This document shows positions 19,985 to 28,849 of a DNA stretch of 64,000 nucleotides, in pieces; position 1 is the first letter of the stretch, and the number at the start of each line of letters is the position of its first letter. Origin of the DNA: an uncultured Bacteroidota bacterium (GTDB taxonomy: Bacteria > Bacteroidota > Ignavibacteria > UBA10030 > UBA6906). The translations under genes were made by a program, and so were the position numbers. The stretch spans positions 640,001-704,000 of the forward strand of contig CAVOYH010000004.1 in assembly GCA_963700635.1 (NCBI GenBank), given 5' to 3'. Below the pieces are notes generated by a model, which was not told the DNA's origin, did not search any database, and was given only the letters and a program-made list of their open reading frames with translations.

Positions 19985-21220
19985 TTATTCAGTGGGTGAG
20001 ACCGGCTCTGCGATCCCGGGTGCATGTGCGGCCTCCATCCCGGGGTCCAGCAGACGTGTCCACACGATGTAGCTCATGGAAAGCAGAAGAATGCCGTTGG
20101 CAATAAACGGGGCGCTGATGCCGAACGCTCCCGCCAGAATCCCTCCCATCGCGGGTCCGAGCAGGTTGCCGAGCAGGGTCATGCTGGAGGCGATCGCCAT
20201 CATTCCTCCCTGGCGTTCCGGGGGAGTGAAGACACTTGTGAGGGCATATAGTGTCGGGAGGATGCCGCCGCGGGCAAACCCGAGGAACGCACGGAGAGCG
20301 CCGAGCTGAACCAGTGAGCCGACCAGGAGATGACCCATGTAGCAGACGCCGATAACACCGAGCGCGATGGCGAGATTCTTCCGGTACCCGGTCCGGTCAT
20401 TCCGCCGGCCCCACCAGGGCGCAGATATGACCATAAACAGGCCGGAGACAGAAAAGATGCTCCCTGCAATCGTGGAGATATACTTGCTGTCCGCTTCGAA
20501 TCCTTCGACAAAAAGCACGAAAATCGGTTCGACCATCAGAACGGACATCTGCCCGACAACGAGGGTTGCCGCGACGATACGAAGCCTGCGGTCCCGGAAC
20601 ATCAGCCGTACATTTTCCCGAACCGTAAAGCGCCTGGATTCGGGATGGACCTTCTGCAATTCCGTAACAAGGAGCAGTACGAGGATTCCGGCGACCGTGC
20701 AGAATGAAGCGGTGACAAAGAAGATGGGCCGGTATCCGATAAGATCCGCGAGCAGTCCGCCGACAAACGGTCCGAATACCATGCCTCCGGCCGTGGAGGT
20801 TTGCATAAACCCCATGGCATAGCCCATGTGTTCGCGGGGAGTATTGGTCGATACAAGGGCCAGGGATGATGCAATAAACCCGCTGATGGCACCCTGGAGC
20901 ACCCGAAAGAAGAGGAGCTGATACACATCCTGGGAAAACCCCATGAGCAATTGTGAGAGTGCGAGACCGAAAATCGCCCGCACCACCATCGCCTTTCGCC
21001 CGTAACGGTCCCCCAGCGCGCCCCAGAGCGGTATTGCCACAAAGGAGAGGACGAACGGTCCGGAGAAGACAAGTCCGCTCCAGCGGGCGAGGGCATCGGG
21101 ATCGGTAACGCCGAGTTCACGAATGTAGAAGGGGAGAAAGGGGACGACCAGATTCATCCCCACCATTGCGAGAAACTGGGTGCCCCAGAGCGTGTAAAGG
21201 TTCTTGCGCCATGGTTCCAT
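19985..21220 (-). CDS. MFS transporter, MdtG-like (DHA1)
   Basis: WRKNL, PFLPFYI, WG.LGDRYGRK, about 12 TM helices. Confidence 0.9.
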   Translation of the reverse strand: MEPWRKNLYTLWGTQFLAMVGMNLVVPFLPFYIRELGVTDPDALARWSGLVFSGPFVLSFVAIPLWGALGDRYGRKAMVVRAIFGLALSQLLMGFSQDVYQLLFFRVLQGAISGFIASSLALVSTNTPREHMGYAMGFMQTSTAGGMVFGPFVGGLLADLIGYRPIFFVTASFCTVAGILVLLLVTELQKVHPESRRFTVRENVRLMFRDRRLRIVAATLVVGQMSVLMVEPIFVLFVEGFEADSKYISTIAGSIFSVSGLFMVISAPWWGRRNDRTGYRKNLAIALGVIGVCYMGHLLVGSLVQLGALRAFLGFARGGILPTLYALTSVFTPPERQGGMMAIASSMTLLGNLLGPAMGGILAGAFGISAPFIANGILLLSMSYIVWTRLLDPGMEAAHAPGIAEPVSPTE

Positions 21221-21228
21221 GTCGGATC

Positions 21229-21257
21229 AATTTACCCAAAACGCGAGGGAGAAGCAA
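21229..21257 (-). promoter_or_regulatory. sigma70 promoter (TTGCTT-N17-TAAATT) 8 nt from the MFS start codon
   Basis: Spacing seen directly; no Shine-Dalgarno between the -10 and the ATG. Confidence 0.55.
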
Positions 21258-21327
21258 AATCAGACGGCGTTCAGGGTCTGTGCATGGTGTCCGACAACCC
21301 TGACATACCGGTGCACGGGAGCACGTC

Positions 21328-23268
21328 TCATGGTTGCCGGGTGAGCACCAATTCCTGCTGATCGCGTACGCGCGCGGAATCAAGGAATTGCCGGAAGGCC
21401 GGATAACGCGGGGGGGGGATGTCTGCTCCGGAGATGGAATAGCCGCTCGTATACTCGAGAACGTTTCCGCGGGTGCGCCATCGCGTGTGCCATGTTCCAA
21501 AATCGGAGTGAAGGGAGTCCTGCCCCTCCGGCACAACGGATGTCCACCCGTCAGGTATGTGTAGCGTGAGCTGAAGGTCGGACCTTGATCCAAATCGAAA
21601 GCGTACCGGATGGGTTCGTGAGGCAGCGCGGAAATAATCGGAGAGGGAGCTCCCGACGATGTCACCCGGCCTGAGGATCATCGTGGAGGCCCTTCGCGTT
21701 GCGAACGCCGCGGAGCGAAAGAGATAGGAGACCATCAGGGAGTCCGTCTTCGGTTCTATCCCGGCCATGGTGAATGTATCCACCATGGCCACCGGCGTGC
21801 GGCGTGAAAGGTAATTCTCAAGCCATTCGCGACGGCCGGCGTGGTTTGCCGACCGGAACTCATGCCGGAGTTCTGTGGCGACCGCGCCTGTGAGTCTATT
21901 TGCGCCGGCGACGGTTGCAGCACCATGCTCATCCAGGGTGGCGGTCCAGCGTACCTGCAGGCTGTTTGATCCGGTGGAATCCAACGGAGTCACCAACGCC
22001 GCCGGGTCACCGCGTGGGGATGCGCACACAACGGAACGACCCTGATCGTACCATGGAAGTGTTGAGAACCGGCAGGCTTTTTCGGTGGCGTCCATCCAGA
22101 TGCCGCCCGGAACCACGTCCGGCGCAAAGGCGATAAGGTGATTAAACTGTAACGGTGAGGGGAGGGTGGTGTCGGGACGGCCATTCTGATGTGTGCTTAT
22201 CAGGACGGGGAGCACCCGGATGTCTGCATGGCGCGCCAGTGCACAGAGAACAACCACCATATCCTTACAGTCACCGTATCTTTTCGCCACTACGTCTTCC
22301 GCATCATGGGGCTGATACCCGCCAACGCCTATTTCAACAGCTATGTAGCGAACATGGTCGCGGACCCATTCGAACACCACCTTCAGTTTCTCTGCGGGGG
22401 TGTCGTGGCCGCGCGTGAGAGAATCGGCGAGGGCCCGAACCAACGATCCGCCTTTCATGCGGGGCGCTGCAATTTCGTGGTACCACGTACTGACATCAAT
22501 CCAGGTGGCGAATCCAACGGGTGAAAGGGCGAGGCGTGCAAGCACTTCCTGGGTGGGTGGCATGCCGAATTCCGGATTCAGCGGGGGGACGTCGGAGGTC
22601 TCCCAGACATGTCGTGACTTAAAACCGGCAGGAGCGGAGGTAACGGTCGGCTGGACGTCGCGCCCGTAGGTCCGGAAGAGAATGTCCCATTCGCCCGGCT
22701 TCACCAGGGTGAAGCGGGACAGGTTCACGGGAACCTCGTCCTGAAAGTTCCACCCATGCCAGAGTCCCCGGTTCTGGATCCTGATCCGGTACCGGTATTC
22801 GATGATCGATCCGTCCTCGATCGCCGGCAGCGTGAAGATCCGGGCCCGCTGGTCGGAGAAGAATACAAAATTCGGATACAGACTGACGTCATAGATATCC
22901 TGCGCTTGAAGCTCCACCGACTGACCTGACGGCGTGATCGTGCGGGCCTCAAGGTCGCTGACAAGGCTCGATGCGCCATACGGGATCATTACGTTGGCGT
23001 ACCGGTGTCCGCGGGGATTAAAAATTTTGACGATCCGGTGCCGGTCGAAGACGCTGAATCCAAGCTCCCCGCCGCCAAAAACTTCCATCGATCCTTCGTC
23101 AAGTACGACCATCGCCCCGGCGTCGGGTGCTTCCGGCGGGGGCTTGAGGGAGTGAAGTGTTACAAGAGGAGGCGTGGTCGTGCTATCCCACGCTGACGGG
23201 CCGCCGCACGCCAGGAATACTATTGCCATTACACCGACGCCCACACTCCATCGAAAGCCGATAGACAT
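21328..23268 (-). CDS. DUF3857 + transglutaminase-like domain lipoprotein
   Basis: LAC lipobox; GSIIEYRY; VRYIA...GDCKD, FNH, MDAT (Cys-His-Asp triad). Confidence 0.85.
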   Translation of the reverse strand: MSIGFRWSVGVGVMAIVFLACGGPSAWDSTTTPPLVTLHSLKPPPEAPDAGAMVVLDEGSMEVFGGGELGFSVFDRHRIVKIFNPRGHRYANVMIPYGASSLVSDLEARTITPSGQSVELQAQDIYDVSLYPNFVFFSDQRARIFTLPAIEDGSIIEYRYRIRIQNRGLWHGWNFQDEVPVNLSRFTLVKPGEWDILFRTYGRDVQPTVTSAPAGFKSRHVWETSDVPPLNPEFGMPPTQEVLARLALSPVGFATWIDVSTWYHEIAAPRMKGGSLVRALADSLTRGHDTPAEKLKVVFEWVRDHVRYIAVEIGVGGYQPHDAEDVVAKRYGDCKDMVVVLCALARHADIRVLPVLISTHQNGRPDTTLPSPLQFNHLIAFAPDVVPGGIWMDATEKACRFSTLPWYDQGRSVVCASPRGDPAALVTPLDSTGSNSLQVRWTATLDEHGAATVAGANRLTGAVATELRHEFRSANHAGRREWLENYLSRRTPVAMVDTFTMAGIEPKTDSLMVSYLFRSAAFATRRASTMILRPGDIVGSSLSDYFRAASRTHPVRFRFGSRSDLQLTLHIPDGWTSVVPEGQDSLHSDFGTWHTRWRTRGNVLEYTSGYSISGADIPPPRYPAFRQFLDSARVRDQQELVLTRQP

Positions 23269-23349
23269 ACATGCTCCGTTTCGTACATTCAGAAGATACA
23301 TTCCCCGGGGAAGAAATAAAAGTGTATGAGTGCGGCAAGCTCCTGATTC

Positions 23350-23395
23350 TTGCATTTGTCCCCGTTTCGTGTTACGTTTATGAAAAACGTGCTAC
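23350..23395 (+). promoter_or_regulatory. nikR promoter (TTGCAT-N17-TACGTT) overlapped by a candidate NikR operator GTGTTAC-N13-GTGCTAC
   Basis: Operator 23369-23395 ends 1 nt before the nikR ATG; -10 at 23373-23378. Confidence 0.7.
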
Positions 23396-23396
23396 C

Positions 23397-23819
23397 ATGA
23401 CAACCGAGGCACTTACCCGGTTCGGCGTTTCCATCGCGGCCGATCTTATCAAGAAGTTCGATCATTACATTTCCCGTGCTGGCTACAGGACGAGGTCGGA
23501 GGCCATCCGTGACCTCATCCGGGCCCGACTGGTGGACGAGGGAGCGCAGGACGCAGATGCGCTGGCGACCGGCGTTTTGTCGCTGGTGTACGACCACCAT
23601 AGGCGTGAGTTGGAAGACCATCTTACCGACCTCCAGCATGATCATCACGAACTGATCATCGCCACCACCCATGTCCATCTGGATCATCACAACTGTCTGG
23701 AAGTGGTGCTGCTGAAGGGGACCGTTGGGAAGATCCGGGATATCGGAGCGGCTCTGGCCAGCTTCAAAGGAGTGAAGTTTAGTAGTCTCAACCTGGTCAC
23801 GACACGTGAACTTACCTGA
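23397..23819 (+). CDS. nikR: Nickel-responsive regulator
   Basis: RFGVSI...RSEAIRDLIR ribbon-helix-helix; YDHH, QH, HVHLDHHNCLE Ni site. Confidence 0.95.
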   Translation: MTTEALTRFGVSIAADLIKKFDHYISRAGYRTRSEAIRDLIRARLVDEGAQDADALATGVLSLVYDHHRRELEDHLTDLQHDHHELIIATTHVHLDHHNCLEVVLLKGTVGKIRDIGAALASFKGVKFSSLNLVTTRELT

Positions 23820-23836
23820 CCGGGGGGGGGGCGCCT

Positions 23837-24382
23837 GTGAAGATACAGTTTCCGGTTCGGGGCGGCGGATTAACCGGACGTGAACTTGCGTTCGGGGCTT
23901 TGTTCGGTGCAGCGGCTCTTGTGTTCCCGTTTTTTTTCCATGTGCTCCACCTTGGCCATGTGTTCATGCCGATGTATATTCCACTCATGGCTCTCCCGTT
24001 TTTTGTCCGGCCCCGTGTGGCATTGCTGGTCGCGATACTTGTGCCGATCCTGTCGGGGCTTCTGACTGGCATGCCCCCGTTCTTCCCTCCGGTCGCGCCG
24101 GTGATGGCTATCGAGGTGGGATGCATGGCCTTTCTTCTCGGCTTCCTGCGGAACCGCTGGCCGGAAGTGCGGGTACTATTCCATCTTGTTCCCGTGTTAC
24201 TGCTGGGGAGAATCCTGAACCCTTCACTTCTCTATGTATCCTCGCTCTGGCTGGAACTGCCCGCCGGGTTCCTGGCGGGAATTTCATTTATCGCCGGGTG
24301 GCCGGGTGTTTTCCTGATTCTCGTTGTGTTGCCGCGAATAGCACGTTTGCACACGAGCGTGAGGGAGGTTCATGAACACTGA
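23837..24382 (+). CDS. ECF transporter S (substrate-binding) component, not NikM/CbiM type
   Basis: About 6 TM helices; FMPMYIP...P.LS.LLTGMPP..P..P.MA.E pattern; upstream of T and A components. Confidence 0.75.
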   Translation: MKIQFPVRGGGLTGRELAFGALFGAAALVFPFFFHVLHLGHVFMPMYIPLMALPFFVRPRVALLVAILVPILSGLLTGMPPFFPPVAPVMAIEVGCMAFLLGFLRNRWPEVRVLFHLVPVLLLGRILNPSLLYVSSLWLELPAGFLAGISFIAGWPGVFLILVVLPRIARLHTSVREVHEH

Positions 24383-24983
24383 ACATTCACGTCGGGAATA
24401 TTTTGAAGAACTCTCTGAGCGGTGGGACGGGTTCACTGACGGTGACCGTGTGAAAAGGACGTTAAAAAGTGTCCTGTCTGATCTCCCGATTGCTCCCGCC
24501 GAGCATATCGTCGATCTCGGTTGCGGAACAGGAAATCTCACTTCCGTTCTGATGGATATCCTCGGGCCTGCAGGAACCGTGACGGCGATTGACTATTGTG
24601 AATCGATGATCGAAGTTGCGCGTGCCAAGATCGGCGATGAGCGTGTGCGATGGCTTGTGGCTGACGCTGTATGGCTTCCCCTGGACGAGAGCAGTGTGGA
24701 TCGTGTAGTCTGTTTCAGCGCCTGGCCGCATTTTCCCGACCCGGCTGCCGTCACACGCGAGCTCTCCCGTGTGCTGGGGCCGGGAGGCATGCTCCATATT
24801 GTGCATATTGACTCGCGTGATAGAATTAATGCCATTCACGGAGGTGTGGGTGGCGCTATCGGCCGGGATCTCCTGCCCCCCGCTCATGAACTTGCCGGAT
24901 TGTTGACAGACCTCGGGTTTGCCGTGTATGAAGTCATTGATACCGGGGCAGAGTACAGGATAGGAGCGGAAAGGGTGGCATGA
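24372..24983 (+). CDS. Class I SAM-dependent methyltransferase
   Basis: VDLGCGTG, AID...MI, RVL.PGG. Confidence 0.9.
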   Translation: MNTEHSRREYFEELSERWDGFTDGDRVKRTLKSVLSDLPIAPAEHIVDLGCGTGNLTSVLMDILGPAGTVTAIDYCESMIEVARAKIGDERVRWLVADAVWLPLDESSVDRVVCFSAWPHFPDPAAVTRELSRVLGPGGMLHIVHIDSRDRINAIHGGVGGAIGRDLLPPAHELAGLLTDLGFAVYEVIDTGAEYRIGAERVA

Positions 24984-25648
24984 GAGGGGATCACAGGAAT
25001 CAGCCGCAACCGTTTGTCCGGCTCATCGGTGCTGGCATCCTTCTTTGCGGATGTCTGTGCGCCGACCATAAGACAGCGGGCGGCATCGTGGCGCTCCCGG
25101 CAGTGGCGATATTGAGTGTTGTTCTTAATCAGATCGGGGTCCGAGCGGTGGTGAAACTGATCCTGGCCGGAGGGATCTTCTATGCTCCGATGGTCTTCCT
25201 CGCATCGCCAGGGATCGCCATCAAAGGACTCTCAGCCACGGTTGTCGGCTTGGCGACGTTCACTTCCCTGGGATCCCAGGCACTCCATGATGGAATACTC
25301 CGATTGCCACTCCCCACAGTTGTCAGATTACTCGTTCTGCAGATGGTGCATCAGACCGCAGTCCTTCGGCGGGAGACGCTGTGTATACACCAAGCTCTCG
25401 TCGTCCGGGGTGGTGTGCATGGAATACGGGGCATATGGGAGTTTGGAAAAGCTCTTCCCCTGGTCTGGGTCCCGCGTGTGGTGTTCCGCGCGGAACGGGT
25501 AGGCATGGCGATGGAGATGCGGGAGTATGGAGCCATCCTCCCAACTTTGCCGGCGGTCTCCTGGAGGGGCCGCGACATCGCCCTGCTGGTTTGCACTTCC
25601 GGGATCGCCATGGCTGCTGTATATCTTTCCGGGTTTGTAGCGGGATGA
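24980..25648 (+). CDS. ECF transporter T component (CbiQ/EcfT-like, divergent)
   Basis: Hydrophobic; ALVVRG and RAERVGMAMEMREY coupling-helix motifs. Confidence 0.7.
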   Translation: MRGDHRNQPQPFVRLIGAGILLCGCLCADHKTAGGIVALPAVAILSVVLNQIGVRAVVKLILAGGIFYAPMVFLASPGIAIKGLSATVVGLATFTSLGSQALHDGILRLPLPTVVRLLVLQMVHQTAVLRRETLCIHQALVVRGGVHGIRGIWEFGKALPLVWVPRVVFRAERVGMAMEMREYGAILPTLPAVSWRGRDIALLVCTSGIAMAAVYLSGFVAG

Positions 25649-26331
25649 AGGACAACAAGGTAATGCTGCACTTCGAGAATGTTACCGTTCGCCATCATGG
25701 AAGCCGGTCTGATGCTGTTCGGAATTGTTCCCTGGGTATCAACGCAGGTGAGCACGTTGCACTGCTAGGTCTGAACGGGTCAGGAAAAACCAGCGTCCTG
25801 ATGGCGGCGGCCGGGCTGCTTCCGTATGAAGGTACAATCCACGTCGACGGCATCAGGCTGAGGGATGATTCCCTGGGCGCGGTTCGCCGGAAGCTGGGGG
25901 TTCTGTTTTCCACGCCGGAAGATCAGTTGTTGTTTCCGAGAGTGGCGGACGATGTGGCATTCAGTCTGATGCGGCAGGGGGTGGATCATGGTGAAGCACA
26001 ACGGCGGTCCGAACAGATCCTCATCGCGATGGGTATCGGAGAACTCAAGGATGCCGCGCCGTATGAACTTTCCCATGGTCAAAAGATGCGTGTGGCGCTG
26101 GCGGGCGCACTCGTCCATGAACCGGGATTACTTCTTCTCGACGAACCTTCAAGCGCGCTCGACCCGCCCGGAAAGCGTGCCCTGTCCGCCCTTCTGGACT
26201 CGTACTCCTCAACGATGCTCATCGCGACCCATGACCTCGCGTTCGCTGAGGAATGCTGTACACGGTACATTTTGCTGGATGCGGGTAGGGTCGCCAGGGA
26301 TACGGCCCGGATGGAAGAGATAACGCTGTGA
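25645..26331 (+). CDS. ECF transporter ATPase (CbiO/EcfA-like)
   Basis: GLNGSGKT, PEDQL...V.DDVAF, LSHGQ, LLLLDEP, ATHD. Confidence 0.9.
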   Translation: MKDNKVMLHFENVTVRHHGSRSDAVRNCSLGINAGEHVALLGLNGSGKTSVLMAAAGLLPYEGTIHVDGIRLRDDSLGAVRRKLGVLFSTPEDQLLFPRVADDVAFSLMRQGVDHGEAQRRSEQILIAMGIGELKDAAPYELSHGQKMRVALAGALVHEPGLLLLDEPSSALDPPGKRALSALLDSYSSTMLIATHDLAFAEECCTRYILLDAGRVARDTARMEEITL

Positions 26332-26348
26332 GGGGAGAAGTATGGACC

Positions 26349-27989
26349 CTACCTGCACACCTGCTTAAACACCCGCAGGTAGTTCTCTCCGAGGATCTTA
26401 TGCACGTCGGAGATGCTGTACCCGCGCCTCAGAAGTGCGGCGGTCAGGTTCGGCATTTTTGACACGTCTTCCAATCCCACCGGCACTGTCTCGATACCGT
26501 CATAGTCCGATCCGATCGCCACATAGTCAACGCCCACACGGTTCTTGATGTAGTCGATATGCCTTACGACAGTGTCAATGTTTACGCCGCCGCGCGAGGA
26601 GAGAAAGGGTGGATAAAAGACAACACCAATCACGCCGCCGCGCCCTGCGATGCTGTCGATCTGGACGTCGGTGAGGTTGCGGTAGTGATTGTTGAGCGCC
26701 CGGACTCCGGAGTGTGACGCGATGATAGGGTTTTTTGTTGTTGCCAGTATATCCGTTATCGTCCGGATGCCCGTATGGGACACATCAATGATCATGCCGA
26801 GGGTATCCATCGTCCTGATCACCTGCCTCCCAAAATCAGAAAGTCCAACCGTTGCAGACCGGCTATCCTGGGCAGAGACCGCCCAGGGGAGGCTGTTGTT
26901 CCAGGTGATTGTCAGATAGCGGGCGCCCAGGTCATAGAATGTTTTGAGCTTTGTGATGTCGTTCTCGATGGCATGCCCGCCTTCCACCGCCAGCACGCCC
27001 GCGAGTTTGCCGGAGGCGTGCACCTGCATCACTTCATCATAGGTCCGTGCCTGAGCCAGTGCCGACGGGTTCTGCCTGATCTGACTGTTGAAGGTATCGA
27101 CCATTGCGATCGTGTAGGAATAATACGGATGTGCAACGGAGTCGCGCCAGTCGGTCCACAGAGCGAACATCTGGGCATCCATGCCACCCTCGCGGAAGCG
27201 CGGAAGGTCGGATTGGTCCGTGGTGTGCCGGATTCCGAGCTGGTATCCGACCACCGCCTTTTCCATAACGTCGTTGTGGAGATCAAACAGGAATGCATGT
27301 TCATGCACGGTCTCGAGCTGCACGTCAAACACCGCGCTGCCCTGAAGGAGCGTGTGCACCGTATCCGGCATGTAGAGCAGTTTTGAAACGACGATGGAAA
27401 ATGCTGTCGCGGTTCCCCTCGCAAGAGAAGTCTCCCTTGCACGGCGACCGCTCGTGAGAACATTACCCAGTCCGCCGCCCCCGTGTCCGTCGAGTTGAAC
27501 CATCTTCCGGATGATACGTGTCTCGCCGAAGCTGATGGAGTAGAACAGCACTCCCGCCGCACCTTTGCTGGTCCAGTCCACCGAATGATCCCCTCCCTCA
27601 AGCACAACGGTTTTCTCATCCAAACGCTGGCCGATTGACGTGTACACAGCGAGAGTCACCGTTCCCGGGCCCGGTGTGGAAAACATAATGTGTGTTGAGG
27701 GATTAAAGGGGTTTGGATAGTTCTGTTCGACGGAAAAACTCCCCGGGACTTCCGGCTCCCCATCGACTGCCGTCAGGGCGAACGTGTACGACCAGAGGCC
27801 GAGCGCGTTTGTAAAGACCGAATACCGTTCGGCAGGGGCGGTCTCGTTGATGATCACGACCGCGGCGGAATCGATCGGCGTGAGGGATGACTTGTGTTTC
27901 ACCGAGCCGGAGAGAGTGATCGTCTCTGCCGATCCGGCAAGAGGAACAAGGAGTCCGAGCCCGATGCTCAAGGCGATACGTGTATTCAT
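26349..27989 (-). CDS. Secreted M19 (membrane dipeptidase) protein with an N-terminal T9SS-CTD-like domain
   Basis: Signal peptide; QNYPNPFNPST; DLHND, VEGG, YLTITWN, IDVSH, ASHS, GSDYDG. Confidence 0.88.
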   Translation of the reverse strand: MNTRIALSIGLGLLVPLAGSAETITLSGSVKHKSSLTPIDSAAVVIINETAPAERYSVFTNALGLWSYTFALTAVDGEPEVPGSFSVEQNYPNPFNPSTHIMFSTPGPGTVTLAVYTSIGQRLDEKTVVLEGGDHSVDWTSKGAAGVLFYSISFGETRIIRKMVQLDGHGGGGLGNVLTSGRRARETSLARGTATAFSIVVSKLLYMPDTVHTLLQGSAVFDVQLETVHEHAFLFDLHNDVMEKAVVGYQLGIRHTTDQSDLPRFREGGMDAQMFALWTDWRDSVAHPYYSYTIAMVDTFNSQIRQNPSALAQARTYDEVMQVHASGKLAGVLAVEGGHAIENDITKLKTFYDLGARYLTITWNNSLPWAVSAQDSRSATVGLSDFGRQVIRTMDTLGMIIDVSHTGIRTITDILATTKNPIIASHSGVRALNNHYRNLTDVQIDSIAGRGGVIGVVFYPPFLSSRGGVNIDTVVRHIDYIKNRVGVDYVAIGSDYDGIETVPVGLEDVSKMPNLTAALLRRGYSISDVHKILGENYLRVFKQVCR

Positions 27990-28043
27990 CAGAGTACTCC
28001 TTCTCCTGCGCTGACCCTGCGGGCTCTGTGTCTGGTGCCTGTG

Positions 28044-28658
28044 TTATTTAACAATCCGCTCGACCAGGTCGTCACGGTCCACGATGGAATTTTCTCCCAT
28101 CCAGATCGACCATAACACACGGGCAAATGTCGTATTCATTATGGCAGGATGGTCCGTTCCCTGCGTCTGAGCGAGGATCGTCCCGCCCGGGAGCCACTGC
28201 AGGACAAACCGGTCGTCCTCTTTGACGTCTTTCGCAAAATACCCCAGGAACTTCTCGACCATGGGGGCGATTTCCTTGGATTCCGCTGCAGTGGCATTCT
28301 CCTTAAATCCATCGCGGTATGCATCCTGGATTTTCGCCACATCCACGTCCCGGACAAACTCCATGGTAATTTGCCTGGCCTTGCCGTCAACCAGCATCGC
28401 GGCAAGCACATCATCTTCCTTCCCCATCACGGGGTCCTGCGTATAGTGCGCTATCCCGTACACCTTGATGAAGAACTTTTTGCGGACGGCCGTGCCCGTA
28501 AGCATCACCTCATACGACTTGCCTTCGTAGTTGATCGTCACCTGGACCGGGAACATCTTCTCAGTGGAGGGCTCCTTGACGGTGTTCTGGGCTCTCGACG
28601 AAACGAGTAGGATGCAGGTCAGGCATAACATGGTGAATCCGGTGAAGAGAGTTTTCAT
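28044..28658 (-). CDS. Secreted chalcone isomerase-like protein
   Basis: LTGTAVRKKFFIKVY, F...LWSIWMG; AAGGAG RBS. Confidence 0.8.
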   Translation of the reverse strand: MKTLFTGFTMLCLTCILLVSSRAQNTVKEPSTEKMFPVQVTINYEGKSYEVMLTGTAVRKKFFIKVYGIAHYTQDPVMGKEDDVLAAMLVDGKARQITMEFVRDVDVAKIQDAYRDGFKENATAAESKEIAPMVEKFLGYFAKDVKEDDRFVLQWLPGGTILAQTQGTDHPAIMNTTFARVLWSIWMGENSIVDRDDLVERIVK

Positions 28659-28695
28659 GGTGACTCCTTGAACGTGAAAGGGGAGGGGGTGGGAC

Positions 28696-28772
28696 ATTGT
28701 ACGGAGTTCCTGCAGGAGAAGCAACAGACGTCGCGAAGCCCTTTTGCAATTGTCGGATCCTATTACTACCAT
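28696..28772. promoter_or_regulatory. Divergent sigma70 promoters (minus: TTGCTT-N17-TACAAT; plus: TTGCAA-N17-TACCAT)
   Basis: Minus element 28696-28724, plus element 28744-28772, both with exact 17-nt spacers. Confidence 0.6.
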
Positions 28773-28849
28773 CAATACTGGACAACCTCTTCCCCGGCTG
28801 GCGTGGGTGGTCACTTGACAACCTCAGAATCACGAATCGGATTTCCTCC

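Noticed and set aside
23324-23351. E. coli-type NikR half-site GTATGA
   Set aside because: No TCATAC partner at N16
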